NCBI GenBank assembly: GCA_046563655.1
Contig: CM102286.1
Coordinates: forward strand, 14,074,001-14,138,000
Source of the DNA: Yuukianura sp. NJ FZ-2021
Lineage: Eukaryota
Direction of reading: 5' to 3'
Length of the DNA: 64,000 bases
Made by a program: the position numbers and the translations under genes. Below the pieces are notes generated by a model. The model was not told where the DNA came from. It ran no database searches and worked only from the letters and a program-made list of their open reading frames with translations. This document shows, one piece after another, positions 11,796 through 25,200 of this stretch. Within the stretch, counting starts at the first letter, position 1, and each line of letters begins with the position of its first letter.

Positions 11796-14735
11796 TTATG
11801 TTGACAGTTTAGTCAAATCTAAACCGGTTAATTCAATTGTGTTTCTTAGTTTTTTGGTGGCGGGATTTCCAGAAAATGGCTGCGATTCAAAATCCACCCA
11901 CTCTAGTAAGCGAGTTTGTCCAAACACTTTTCGCCACAAGTTCAAAAATGGAGTGCTGAGTAGACTTGAGTTGACTTTTGTTGGTTTCCGTTTCTGCACA
12001 GCCGCAATCACTGCACTGAAAATCAATCCAAGGAAGAATGTCGACAGGACTCCAAGGGCTGGTTGCCACAAGTACGAAATTGACCAGAGTTTGAGCAGAA
12101 ACGGATCTTGCTCATGCGCAGCCTTCCAGTCGCCCAGTGTCCTTGGTTCGTCGAGATACTGCGGAGAGTCTGACGCGAGGCTGCCATTGGTCAGCAGACA
12201 TGAGGCGGTGCTCAACGTCAGTTTTTCGTTTTGCAGGTGACCGGCCCGGCCAGCAAAAATTTTGCCAACGCCAACAAATCCTGATAGGAGCACGGAAATG
12301 ATTAGGGCAAGAAGGATTCCCTATTAAAATAAGTTAATTAATTAATTAATACATTAATTAATCAACATTTGGATGAATTTCGGGACAATTAATTGGCATT
12401 ACCAGCTCATTTGTCCAGGGAAAAAACATGCCGAGGCAAAACGCCGCACATATTGGTCCCAGTAAAGCTCCATGTAAAACGGTCGTAAACTTTCAAAACA
12501 AAGTTTCAAAATTGTTTCAAAATTTTCGTTTTCAGTACTTTTTTGAAATGTTGCTTACTGGTGTGATTGGTACAGTTGTGTTCACTTCGGCAATGATAAA
12601 CACAAGTGCAAACGCCACAAGTCCGCTAACTGTTGAAACTGCTTTGGAAATTACCGCCAGTTTTTCTTCAGACAAGTTCGGTCTACGATGTTTCACAAAA
12701 TCTTCTGTAACTATTGCTGCTAGTGAATTTAAAGCACTTGACACAGAGCTAAGCAACAATTAAAAAAAAACGTTTTTTTAAGAAAAAGTTTCACCATGAT
12801 TTTTTTTGAAAATTTTAAATTCTATTTCTGTAACCTCAAACTTCCACAGGTCAGTCCAGCCACAAGGAGTCCCGGAATTCCCGGATACTTTCTGAGCACT
12901 TCAATTGCAAAGAGCGGCAAAAGTTGATCTGGGGACTTGATCATCTAAAAATTTTAGAAAATCAAAATTTAAGGTTAAGGTCAAAGGTCAAATTTTCCTG
13001 ACCTTGGATCCAATGGGGTCACAGTCATGGTACTTGGCATACAGCATCAGTCCAATCCAACCGCAAAGGGAAATGATCAGCATCAGACCAACCATGTTGA
13101 TGATAAGGCAACTTTAAAAAAAAGTTTTAGAAAAAAAATACACATTTTTTGAAAATTTTTTAAATTTTGGTGCCAAATTCTTACATCCTGGATTGGCGTA
13201 GGGTGGGAACGGCATTGTAACGCTGAATCTGCGCCTGCGTCGCAGCAAAAGACGGCAACCAATTGAACAGGTTACCAATCAGGGCTGTCCAAAATGTATG
13301 ACGCGTGCGTACGTCAGTATCCAAACTGTTCAAGCAAAAATTCTAAAGTCAAATGCCCGCAAAATTTAAATTTTTGAAAAATTTGATTTTACTTTAAAAA
13401 TTGTATCCGTTCTGTTTCGACTGCCTTGCCCCAGACATATGAAAAACTGCCGACTTCGGACATGCCCGCTACAATAATTGCCCCCAAGGACATAAACATC
13501 ACGACGGCTTGCAGTGCGTCTAAAACAAAGCAATTTTTTAAACTTTTCAAACAGATGAAGTGTGTTTGTTTTAAACAAACATTTTGAAGTTTTCATGTCA
13601 AGGACGTTGATTTAGATAAAACAAAAACTTCTTACCAGTCCAAAGTACAGCTTTGAGCCCACCCTAAAGTGAAGACAACAAAAACTATTTACATTATAAA
13701 CACAAAAGTTGTTTATAAAAAACGAATTTGAAAACATTTTTGTCGCTAATAAAAAGTTTCTGTTTATAATAAGCATGTTTACATATGACATTTCTTACCA
13801 GTGACGAATAAGCGATGCAAACAAGAAAAATGGCGGCGCAGGATGCCAACGTATTTATACCGGCAACTACAAAAAAATGAAGATTTTTTAATGTTCCGGG
13901 CAATAAAATTTCGAGAAAAATTTTTTACATACCTTGATCCAACGCTAAACTCGGAGCATACACAGTAACTGGCATGTACAAACACTTGAAAAGCAGCAAA
14001 TTACAATTAATTAGTTATAGATTAATTAGTTTAACTAAATATTAACCAAATTAGTTTCAATTGACATACGAGATGCAAAATTGCAAAAACGGAAAGCAGC
14101 AGGCGAACTCTTCTGCTGAACCTCCACTCAAAGTACTGCATAGAAAAATTTTTTTCAAAAAGTTTTAAAAAAATTTTTGTTTTTGAAATAATAACTTTTT
14201 TCTAGTTTACCTCATATGCAGATGTCAATTGCAAACGGAAAAACACTGGGACGAGTATGTACATGAGTATAAGTGTCATCGGTATGAAGGAAACGATTAT
14301 CAACAAGTACTGTGTTCCGTAAAAATATACCTCCAACTGTTCAAAATTTTTGAAAATTTGAAATTTTTAAAAAAAGTCGCAACTAAATTTTGCCATGCCT
14401 AATTTGGAAATTCTTTATACCGGATTTCCTAGAAGGGTGATGGCCGATACAAAACTGTAAAAAAAATTAAACCATTTAAAGGGCTAACTTTGTGTTTCAG
14501 AAAAAAATTCAATATTTACTTTTCTTTCATTTGACAGTTTTTACCTGCAGAGAAGTGACATTGTCACTGGCAAAATTGACATTTGGCGTCCAGCCATCAA
14601 AAACTCTTCGTTCGTCCTATTTTTGGCGCCAAAAAATCCATAGAAAATTCCAATTCCGAGGGACGCGAGTAGCACAAGCACAAACACAACGTACTCCGAC
14701 CAATGAAAATGGATTTCCGGTTTCACGAAATCCAT
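11796..14735 (-). CDS. SLC5 sodium:solute symporter (SMCT/SMVT-like), multi-exon
   Basis: EEFLMAGRQMSILPVTMSLLC, FVSAITLLGNP, GGLKAVLWT, TQAQIQRY, DQLLPLF, LPGLLVAG-like and SSVSSALNSLAA motifs lie across GT-AG-bounded exons. Confidence 0.9.
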
Positions 14736-15779
14736 ATCTGCTTATTTTCAAAAACTCAAAAAACCACCAATCCCAATCCACTGAAAACTGTTTTTCCAAA
14801 AATTTGCCCTTTTTTAAATAAAATTTGAAAACAAGATGAACGGGAGAGCGTGTACCACCGTTCTGCAGAACTCGTTCCGTTCAACTACTTTTGTATGTCA
14901 GAATCTTTGTCTAAGAATAAGCACTTTGACTGTTGAGTAAGTTCAAAAGATCAAGTCAAAATTTGATCTGTTAGGCTGTTAAATTTTTTCATCATTCAAA
15001 TACACATGTGCTTTGTATGTTTGATGGAACGCCGCAAAAACTTAGACGTGCTTGATAATACAGAAACAGACCACGAATTCGCTTCCGAGAGCTTCACATT
15101 AAGCAGTAGAACGAATCTATAGAATTTTTTATAGATAACAAGCAGTCATATTTTCAATTAAACCGGGAAATTTTGAAAAATTTGGTTTTTTTTAATAGAA
15201 AGGCTTAAGCATCAGCGACACTAACGCAAAGTAAAGATGATTATGGTATAACACAAAGTTTTAACCAAAGTTTCAATATAAAGTGTATAATAAGAAGGAG
15301 CAAATGGGAACTATTGTGTCTGTGACATTTCAAGGTCAACAAGTTTGAATCCACAAAAAATCCAGAATGGATTATGGAGTGAAATATGTCCGAGTTTGGA
15401 TTTAACATTAAGATTTGTTCATTAGTATAAACTTTTCATGATCAGTGACGAAAGCAAATTTTAAAAAAAATTATAGTAAACTAAACTTCAAAAATTTGAG
15501 CGAGAATTTTTTTAAATGTCGTTTTTTAAAAAGTTTTTTTTTTTTTACAACACTTGTCAACATCTTTACAATGACAACATGGACAAATTTTTCAAGTCAT
15601 CATGAATGATCGGTTTGTTGGTGCAGAGATAATCCTGAAAATAAACAGCAAAAATTAACATTGTAGAAAAGCGTTTACACAAAGTTTTTGGTTAATCAAA
15701 AAAATAACTTCCTCTGATTTTGAAATTTTAGCTAATTTTCAAAATCTTCGAGTAAAAATGAATAGGAAAATAACCTACT

Positions 15780-16164
15780 TCAAAGTATATTGTCTAGAGC
15801 CGATTGTAAAATACGGATTTTCCGGTAAAGGTCTTCAAACTCGGCACAAAGTCTCCCATACTCTGCCATGTCATTTTGAAGATGTTTGATATTTGCCCTG
15901 CCGTAAATTCCTTCCGCAATCAACATTTGGTATTGGATGAATCCCTTAAGGTTTGCAGCACCCTTCTTCTTCGTTCTCTTTGAAACCTAAAATTTCGGAA
16001 ATGTGCAAACATGGTGGGAATAGTAAACTTCTCAGCATTTGAAAAGTGTTGTCAATGTATCGAAATAATACAGCACTTACAACTTCCTTCATTTTTTCCA
16101 CTTTATCAGCAGGCAGTAATTCCAGTGCAACAGTTGCTCTTCAAAGTGCGTCGAATGCTGACAT
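15780..16164 (-). pseudogene. Small helical orphan-family gene with premature stop (exons 16164-16081, 15986-15780)
   Basis: Translates MSAFDAL*RATVALELLPADKVEKMKEV / VSKRTKKKGAANLKGFIQ...KIRILQSALDNIL*. It aligns end to end with 21297-21675, with TGA at 16143-16141 where the paralogue has Arg. Confidence 0.7.
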
Positions 16165-16904
16165 TTTATACATGTATTAATACTCTTTTCAAGAAAATGA
16201 TCAAGGATTGTTCGAATGAAGAGAAAAACTTCTGACTGAAATTTAAAACTAAGAAAATTTATGATCATATATAAACCAATATTACTATAAGATTTAATGA
16301 AATGCAAGTGAAATTCAAGGTTTTCATTAGAAAAAGAGTTAGAACTGATTCAAAATCATGCAAAAACTTACTTGCAGTTTACTTCAATTTTAAGAAACGC
16401 TGTCTATGTTCCATGAAACTGGCATACAACATGCAAACTCTTTTATGGAAATGCAGAGAGAAACTAAATTTTTACAAGTGAGTTTCACATAGAAATAAAC
16501 CTTTGAAAGCGAAGTTTGAAACCATGGATAAAAATAACCCGCCTGCGGCATTGCATAACAATGGATGAAATTTAGAATTTCAAATAAACGGTTTCCAAAA
16601 AAAGTAAGGGTTTTCAGTCCCTTGGGGGAATGCTCGCCCTCACGCTAAAGCGGAAGTGTTTAGGATTTAGCACTCCATAGAAAAATGGCCCAAAAAGAAA
16701 CTCAAAAGAGAATGTCGGAGAAAGAAAAAATGCAGTAAACTCTAAAATTTTATCTGAAACTTTTTTTTGTGAGAATGGGATTTGAGAGATGTACTTGATG
16801 CGGACAGAGGATGCTGTGTTTAACCCCTCTGGGTACAAAAATGTGATGGAATTGAAGACCCGCTCCTCAATCCTTGCTTTAAGTTCTTTTATTTTTGTTC
16901 ATTA

Positions 16905-17565
16905 CTACTTATATAGCGAAAGCTATTTAATAAAAGTATTTATGTCTGTATGTCCAGACCAATTATCTCGGAAACTACTGGACCGACTTCATCCGGGTTT
17001 TCACCAATGGACATGTCATGCCGGCGACCAGATCAGGTTTATCTTTTCTCCCGGGTCTGTGACCTTTTACCGGGTGAAAGGTCAAGGCCATTCACCTTTT
17101 CAATATAAAACCGTGAAAATGACCCTAAGTTGGCCCTCTCATTGAGGGGAGCCATTGGTATATGCGTTGGTATATGAACCATGGGTCTCTGACCCCTCGG
17201 AGGGGGTCAAAACTGGGATCAAAGGTCAACATCTTGACTTACCTGCAGTGCGCATGGGCAAGGCAAACTTTCTACCCCGCCCATGCATACGCCACGCAGG
17301 TTCACCTGGCAAGGTAAGGGTGCATGCAACCCTAGGGGACCCAATCCCCATGGGGGGGGGGCTAAATAGTTGCAGGAACCCACCCCTACTCCCCCAAGAG
17401 CGGGGGGGGCGGAAAAGTGGGGAACTCACCCCTACTCCCTTATTGTAGGAAAAAGGGCGGGGAGTGTGAGGGAAGAGTGGGTGAACATCCCTACACTTCC
17501 CACCAGGGGGAAAGCTACCTTTTTCCTTGAGCTATTTCATTACATGCGGTTTACAACCGGATTAT
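16905..17565 (+). mobile_element. Non-autonomous DINE-1/Helentron-like (HINE) element
   Basis: 5' short inverted repeat ATAGC-GAAA-GCTAT, then TGTCTGTATGTC and TATCTCGGAAACTACTGGACCG. The interior is GC-rich. The 3' end repeats GCTATTT.AT.A.A and is followed by the hairpin CGGTT-TAC-AACCG, with T-rich flanks. Confidence 0.6.
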
Positions 17566-18168
17566 TTTGCAGAGACTTTCAAAATGCGTTCAAAAATTAT
17601 TTCTCATTATTTGAATTCGGTTCTTCGCGTGAGGTTGAATTGAGGACTCCGACGTCATATACGAGAAATGAGGGTAAGTAAAGATGAATTAACTGATGTT
17701 AACTCCGTTCGGTGACATCAATTTACTATTTTAACTTTAACCTACGTCATGGTTGACTTTTCAAAGAAAACTAAGTCATTTCATGGAAGGAGGACTGTAT
17801 TCTTTATCTAACTCCGTTGCAGTCGCCTCCCCATAACTGAAAGTTTTCATGAGAAAAAGTATTGCTGCAGAAAGATTTCTTGTTTTTTGAACAATTCCAC
17901 AAGTTTACGTTTTACGAGTGAAATATTACAATGGGGTTGTACAGGATACTTCAATTTTCTAGGTTAGACAGATACGTTTTAACTGTTTGGTAAAAGTAAT
18001 TATTATAAAGTAATTTGGATCATAATTATTCAGCTCGAATTTAACTAAAAGCATGCATTTTTGGAAAGAAAAACTTGAATTTCGATGCATGAATACCCGA
18101 AAACACGCAGTGGAACTTTTTTCGGAATCAGGGCGGGTTTTACTCTTGTTAAATGAACATTTGCTAAG

Positions 18169-18533
18169 ATGGTACATTTTATTCCTCCTTAGGAATTGGT
18201 TGGAGCACGAGAGAAACGAAACGTGAAAACGCGTCTGCGCAGATCATTTGCAATCGCATGTAATATCGTCCTCAATTTAATTGGCGAATTGGGGGATACC
18301 CAGAAAATGATGTATAGTGCCGATGACGATGCTCGAGCTGGAGCTGAGGAGATCCATCAAGCAAAATCCAAAAAATTCAATGCTGCTTTACATGATTTGG
18401 CAATATTGGAAACAATTTTAAAAAGAGTATCAGGTAATTTATTTTCTTCTTCTAGTATTTATCCATGTATTTTCCAAAAGTTGTTCTAAAAAAATTTTTT
18501 TACTCATTTTTAGCCATCCACTTCAGCGATTAA
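18169..18533 (+). CDS. Possible small helical orphan protein (ATG | 18193-18432 | 18514-18533)
   Basis: An exon-like open stretch ELVGAREKRNVK...LAILETILKRVS is bounded by AG and GT sites that are phase-compatible. No recognisable motif. Confidence 0.3.
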
Positions 18534-18759
18534 CGTTTCATCACGGAAGGATCCGCAAGAATTTGCATTGCAAATGCCACCAGGAATAATGTTCAAATTA
18601 GTAAAGCTAGTAATTAAATTGCTTGGTGACAAAAACACTAAATTGTCTGAATATTAAAAAAGTAGATTTTGAAATGGATTTTCTCTTTGTTTTTTTTTTT
18701 TTGCAAAAGCTTTTTTTTTTCAATTTGGAATTTACAACTCAATAACGTTCAACAAAAGA

Positions 18760-19483
18760 ATTTCAGCAAATGCCGCTGGAGAAAAGAAGTTGAGTTCCTT
18801 CACAGACGTTTTGTTAACTTAGAATGTAAAATTTTGAAGAATCAAAGCTACTACCATCTTGATTTCATAGAGAGCAAACAGAGTTGTAGTCCTGCACCCC
18901 ACGTACTGACTGTACTGACCATAATACTCTCCGCCCCTTTTTCATTAAGCTCCGCCTGTTTCAAAAATCGGTTTGGATTGTACTCTTCCGGTTTTTGAAA
19001 AATTTCGAAAGCAAAGCCACTGAGCATGAGCATTGGAGAGCACATTGCAACGGCATCTGCGTCTCCAACATGGTAGTCTCCCAGAGTGACATCTTTGTGT
19101 TGCGGTTTGCGGCAAAGTGGGAAGATGTGCGGTGCTCTCCGAGCACTTTCCATCACACAAGCGTTCATCAGCGCTGAATTCAAAATTGCCCGTGTATCAT
19201 TTTGCCCCAAATGGTCCTCACAATCTTCTCGGAGTTTGGTTCAGTATTCGGAATAACATGAAGATCTGTCAGAGTATGCGCAAGACCCAATGAGGAATTT
19301 TCTGAGCTGATGTAAAGTAAAGTAATAAGCCACGCCTTCGTTTGTTAGCCCTTGACCTGTGACCTCGTCAACATGATCTGCATCAGTTCGGATGATAATC
19401 GAGTCCCGCTTATTCGGATCTTCCCGGTACTTTTCAATTACTGGTGGACAGTAGTTTAGTGTTGCGCGCCGCAATGGGAGCCA
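18760..19483 (-). pseudogene. 3' half of a cytochrome P450 paralogue (copy of about 27295-28040), decayed
   Basis: Long near-identical stretch to the intact P450 (GQNDTRAILNSALMNACVMESARRAPHIFPLCRK...). Both ends carry indels and stops, and the heme-ligand region is disrupted (WGAGLQLCLL). Confidence 0.9.
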
Positions 19484-20132
19484 GTGGGAACGGCATTACA
19501 ACGTTGAATCTGCGCCTGCGTCGCCGCAAAAAACGGCAACCAATTGAATAGGTTACAAATTAAGGCTGTCCGAAATGTATGACGCGTGCGTATGTCAGTA
19601 TCCAAACTAAAACATTTCGAACAGAAGTTATCACAAAGGAAAAGATTGAAGGAAAAGATTATCAACAAGTACTGCGTTCCGTAAAAATATACCTCCAATC
19701 GAAATTTTTTTAAAAGTATAAAAAATTTTGAAGTCTCAAATAAATTAATTTTAAATTCTTAATGTGGAAGTTTTTTTGTACCGGATTTCCTAGCAGGGTG
19801 ATGGCCGATACAAAACTGCAAAACACGTTTTTCATAATTCTCAAAAACTTTGCATTCATTTTCTTAAAAATGATTTTCAAAATCTACTTTTTCAAAATTT
19901 GACAGTTTTCACCTGCAGAGAAGTGACATTGTGACTGGTAAAATTGACATTTGGCGTCCAGCCATCAGAAACTCCTCATTCGTTCTATTTTTGCCGCCAA
20001 AAAATCCATAGAAAATTCCAATTCCGAGGGACGCAAGAAGCACAAGCACAAACACAACGTACTCAGATCAATGAAAATTGATTTCCCGTTTTAAAAATTC
20101 CATTTCTCATTATTTTCAAAAACCACTAACCC
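19484..20132 (-). pseudogene. 5' fragment of SLC5 symporter paralogue with internal deletion
   Basis: 19484-19607 matches exon 13203-13326. 19650-20130 matches exons and introns at 14288-14772. The intervening exons (about 13330-14285) are missing. Confidence 0.9.
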
Positions 20133-20945
20133 TGGTCTTGTCGAATACTTCGGAGATATTAGGAAGATTCCGGATTCCGAACTTGAAAGTGCCATTGTCA
20201 TACCACCTTGGTCTCTTCGGCATTCCACAGGTAGACGTGAAACAAAAAAATATAAGATTTGATGCTAAAAACTAAAATTTTGATTTTTCAAAAGTTCGTC
20301 AAAAGATTTTTGAAAGATTTTGAAAATTATGTTGTTGTTGTTGTTAGCTTACATTGGCCTTCACAAGATCTGTGAACCGCTGACCCCTGGTCAGACACTT
20401 TATCAGCTGCTGCTGGAGCTGTTGGGCAAGTAGTTGGGCAGTATGCGAAGGCACTTGGACTTCGTGTGGTTGGATCAGCTGGAGATGACAACAAAATCCA
20501 GTATCTCAAGGAACTTGGATTCGATGCTGTTTTTAACTACAGGAAACACGACGACTTCAACGCCATCTTGAAAGAAACTTGCCCTAATGGCATTGACATT
20601 TACATTGAAAATGTTGGCGGGAAAATGCTGGATGCTGTTCTGAACAACGCCAACAGCAATGCCCGTATTGCCGTGTTCGGAATGATTTCACAGGTATTAC
20701 GACAAGAAAATCTTTCTGTGGAATTTCAAAAAAGAATTTATTTTTTGAATGGTACAATCGCATGGGGAACCCTGAAGGAAACTATTCCATTTTTCATTTG
20801 CTTAAAAGTATCAAAATGGAAGGATTTCTTGCCACTGATCATATTGACAAGTATGGCGCCAAGTGTGTCAAAGTTTTTACAAAACTTTTCGAACAAGGAA
20901 AGTTGAAGTACAAAGAAAACATTAACGATTTGAAATCGTTCTTAT
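20133..20945 (+). pseudogene. Fragment of NADP-dependent alkenal/prostaglandin reductase (PTGR1-like, MDR family)
   Basis: PLSYHLGLFGIP, AYIGL, SAAAGAVGQVVGQYAK..GLRVVGSAG, FDAVFNY, PNGIDIY.ENVGG..LDAVL, RIAVFGMISQ, MEGFL. It lacks both termini and has a frameshift near 20400. Confidence 0.8.
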
Positions 20946-21296
20946 GTGTAATTAACAATTTGAACAAAGGTTTTTTAGAAAAAAAAACATCGAAAACATT
21001 ATAGTGAACTTAGGTAACGATTAATACGGTTTTAACACTGTTTTAACACAAACCACGAATGTATCAAAAAATATTTGATATTGCTAACATTTGATAGAAT
21101 AGACGACGATGTTGAATTGTAACAGTCTAGTGATTGACTTGTCTGCGAATCCTGAAAATAACACGCCAAAATCACTGTTATGGAAAGTGTCTAGACAAAG
21201 TTTTTGCTTAATAAAAAAAATTAATGTTCTCGAGTTTGGATTTTTTGGAAAATTTTCAAAATTTTCGGGTAAAAATGAATAGGAAAATAACCTACC

Positions 21297-21675
21297 TCAC
21301 ATTACATTGTCGAGGGCAGTTTGTAAAGCCCGGATATTCTTCTCTTGTTTATCGAACTCGTCAAGTAGTCTGTAATGTTCCGGCATTTCATTGTCCATGT
21401 GTTTGACGTTTACCTGGCGGTAGATTTCAAGCGCATCTTTTCGTTTGTTTTGAATGACACCTCGTACTTTTGCTGCTCCTTTCTCCTTCTTTCCCGTTGA
21501 CATCTACAAAGTCGGAAAATTGAAAACATGCCAGGAATAGTTTTCTCAACATTTGAAGAGTTACCAATGTATTGAATAATTCAGCACTTACGAGATGCAT
21601 GATCTCCTCCACTTTGTCCGCAGGACGGTATTCCAGTGCTAGAATGGCTCTACGTAGTGCTTCCAGACGGTCCAT
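21297..21675 (-). CDS. Small (about 96 aa) helical orphan-family protein, apparently intact (exons 21675-21592, 21503-21297)
   Basis: MDRLEALRRAILALEYRPADKVEEIMHL | MSTGKKEKGAAKVRGVIQ...NIRALQTALDNVM*. GTAAGT donor and TAG acceptor are in phase 0, and the exon structure is conserved with 15780-16164. Confidence 0.65.
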
Positions 21676-22207
21676 TTTGTATCGATCGACAAATACTCTT
21701 GTAAAACAAAATGGGGATTGTGCCAGCGAAAAAATATTTCAACAGTCAGGAGCGACAGAAAACTTGTGTGACTGAAGTTTTAAACTAGTAGGAAAATTCC
21801 TGGTTATATCTAAACCAATATATCCATAAAATCTAATGAAATGCAAGTCAAAGTCAAGGCTTTGATTAGAAATAGGGCTCGAACTGATCCAAGATCATAC
21901 AGAACTTACCTTCTTCTTCAATGCAGTTCTGCCTAACTAACAATAGTACGCTACTGTAGTGCAACCTAACATCAATTTAATGAGACGCTTGGTTCCATAA
22001 AACTTGCATACAGAGTCCATACTATCTTATGGAAATACAGACTGGAAAATAAATTTTTTAACATTTTTGCGCACTTTCTGCCCTAGGTTCAAACTTTGCT
22101 CCGCTCAAAAATGTTCCAAATTTATTCAAATTCCAAATTCAGTTTCCAAATTTTGATTTTTTTAAAGGTGGTAGGTACCAGAGGATTGTAATATGTAAGT
22201 TTGCCAC

Positions 22208-25200
22208 CTAATGTTGAATGAGTGAAAAGAGCGTTTGGTCAGTTGGTGGCAAATGGCTAACTTTGGCTACCGCTTCATCCCGAACTCGAACTCCCCAGGC
22301 TTTGAACATCGGTGTCAAATTTTCTCCAGCCGCCAATGAAAATTGGACCAACCAAGTATCTACTTTGTCTTGTTCAGAACTTGGTTTTGGCTCCAAAGTT
22401 TGATAATTTTTGAAAACTTTTTTGTAAGTGTCCCATCCATACTTGGCTTTCAGTTGATAGTAAAATAGCAGCCCCAACCATGGGTCATCCCCCAATCTTC
22501 ATAGTTCGGCCCCTTCTTAGCACTCGCTTCAATCCTACTGCGCACGACACTCGGTTCAAATCTATCTGGGCGTGCCTGGGCAGGCGTCATTCCGATCAGT
22601 TCTTCATAGACATACAAAGCAAACATGTTGTTTGTAACTTCCGTGACAACTGAGTATGTCCAAGTACTGACTTGATGGTTGTGTCCAATTTCATGGTAGA
22701 AGCCCCACCCATCTTCACTTCTCAGTTTAGCAACTGACAGCGCAGTCGCAACAGATTTGTCTGTAAGAATCATGATTGGATAGCCAGAGTGCATGTAACC
22801 AGCCGAAATTTGAACGTCTGCGCAGAGCCGTTCTGGGTATGGTCGGTTTCTTGGAATTGCCGCCAAATCTGCTTGGGCATCCATCACTTGATCCCAATAC
22901 TCCATAAGTTCAATTGGATTTTCCAATTCAGCCAATCGCGAGCCAGGGAGAGTCAAAATTAGTTTTTTCGTCTCAAGTTCCCCCCAGGGGCAAAGAGTTC
23001 CGTAATTTCTAATTTGGCGCCACTCATGTAACGTTGTTTTGCCCAACACAAAATATGGGGCCAAAATGGCTCCTGAAATGGTGAGGTCAACGACCTCTAG
23101 ATCTTTAGCGGTATCGGTTTGATGCAAGTAGATCAACCCACCAAAGGCATTGCGTATTTGAAGTTCCGTGCCACCGGTACGCAAATCCTTCCGAACAAGA
23201 ATTACCGGACACCGTTGCCACTCCGATTTTTTGGAAATGTCGTCCCGGTGAGTGCCAATTTGAATTGCAAATTTTTTGTGAGGAGCGTGGGAAAATTTAA
23301 CGGTAATTTCTTCGCCTGGTGGAGCATACAAACCGGTAGAGTACCACTGATCAGTTGTCGTTTCAATTCGAACCGAGTGACCTTGAACTCTGACTGCTCC
23401 TGATGAGGGGAGTCCAGGGAAGTAGCAGGCTGCTGGATGACAGTGACATGCGTTGTCCTTACTTCCTGGAGCGTCCTCTGCATTGTAAACATAGTTAACC
23501 ATCATTTTGATTTTGAATTTTTCCAAAGTATCAGTAATTGCATGGTGCTCCGAAGGAATGCTCTCTTTAAGCCCCGCCTCTTCCAATTCAAATTTCAACT
23601 TGGCGGGAAAGCTTCCTGGGCCGGTATTGGCCAACGAGTCGGCAGCCAGACTAAGTACTGCTGAGATTTGAGCGAGCCGGTCTTCTGGAAGTTGGATTTT
23701 GTTGGTCAGGTGCCATAGTAACAATTCCCAGCATGTGCTGGCGTTCATGTCTCTCAAGTCTTCGGAACGGGCAGTGTAGCCAACTTTGTCGGATTCAATC
23801 GGCTTCGGTTCGTAGCCTCCGTTCCAAGCAACTCCAGTTTCTTGCAATAACTAAAAAAAGAACACGAAAAAATTACATTTAAATTTAAATGTTGGCGGTA
23901 GGGGTGTATATCCGTCACGGATTTTTAGAAATCCGGATTTTGACGGATTTTTATTAAAAAATATGAATTTAAATCCGGATTTCAGAATACATAGGATTTT
24001 ACATAAGTGATTTTTTTTAGCTTCTCAAAATTATAATCAACGTGTTTTAAGCTCCAAGTACCAAAAAAAGTTGATAACGAATCTCAGGAGTTTCTTTTTT
24101 GTTTAACTTTTAATTGATTTAAACTAAATTTTCCGGTTTTCGTTATCAATTTTCAAATTGCCTATACCCGAGAATGGAGCAAAAAATCCGTCAAATCCGG
24201 ATTCAATTTTTTTGAAATCCGAATATAGGAGAATCCGAATCTGGCAAAAATCCGGAACACAAATCCGGTTTTATATCCGTAACATCTATCCGGATTTATA
24301 CTCGGGACAAAAATCCGGATTTACCCCTAGTTTGCGAGTGAAAACTGAAAATTAGGAGAAAAGAGAATTTTTAAAATTTTACCAAATTGCCGCAGAAATC
24401 TGTCTTCAAATTCGTTTTTTGTGCCCAAGCAGTTGCAGAAATGACGAGACCGCCGCCATTGATGATAAACTGTCGCAAGAGCTTGATGTGCGCAGAATCC
24501 GAAAGTGCATTGACATCCGTCACAACCAAAGTGTCAATGTCACTTAACTTGTCAGTGACTTGTCCAGAATTTTGAAAATATTCAAAATGGAAGTTTCCCT
24601 CGTTTTGACTCAGCCAATCCTTGATCCAATATTTTTCCAAAATTCCAACTCGTAGTTTTTCCCCGCCATTTCTCTTCCCGCCTGTCCAGTGTACACAGTT
24701 CGTCAACAATCGGGAAGTAGTTGGCAGTGTTGGATTGGTGAAGCAAGTATGACCGAAGGCCGTGATTCGTCCATTTCCGAACCGGGTAGCTCCGCCCACC
24801 GCTTGTCTCTCCGTGCCATGTTGTCCCGGGAGAATTACAAAAGCATCAGGGCCGTAAACACTCATCATGCCCACAGTGCCGGACTTTTCAACACCACCTT
24901 CTAGGCCTTTGAGTAACTCTTTCATGTCGTCGTCATGGTACCGGACGGCCCTGTTTTCCGAAATGGCCACGACTAACGGATGGCCCAAGGGCAGATATCT
25001 TTTGGCCAGAAAGTAACTGGCCTTAAGTTGGGCCTCCAGGGCTGAGTCGATCACGTGACCTCCGTTGTTGACCAATAGATTCCAAGCTTTCCCGCCATTA
25101 ATGTTTTCAAGCATATCGTGATCGGGCATCCACTTGTCGGAGTTGATCGGCGTCACTCCGTAGTCTCCAGTCCAGCCGAATCCAGCGTCATGGCAAATCT

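Noticed and set aside
16141..16143. In-frame TGA as selenocysteine or readthrough
   Set aside because: It aligns to Arg (CGT) in the paralogue, not Cys, which fits CGA-to-TGA decay; no SECIS was recognised.
16789..17681. GC-rich ORFs of 97-118 aa
   Set aside because: They lie within a non-autonomous repeat element and have no protein motifs.
22450..22495. Programmed ribosomal frameshift in the M60 gene
   Set aside because: No canonical slippery heptamer or downstream structure is evident; a homopolymer indel is the simpler explanation.
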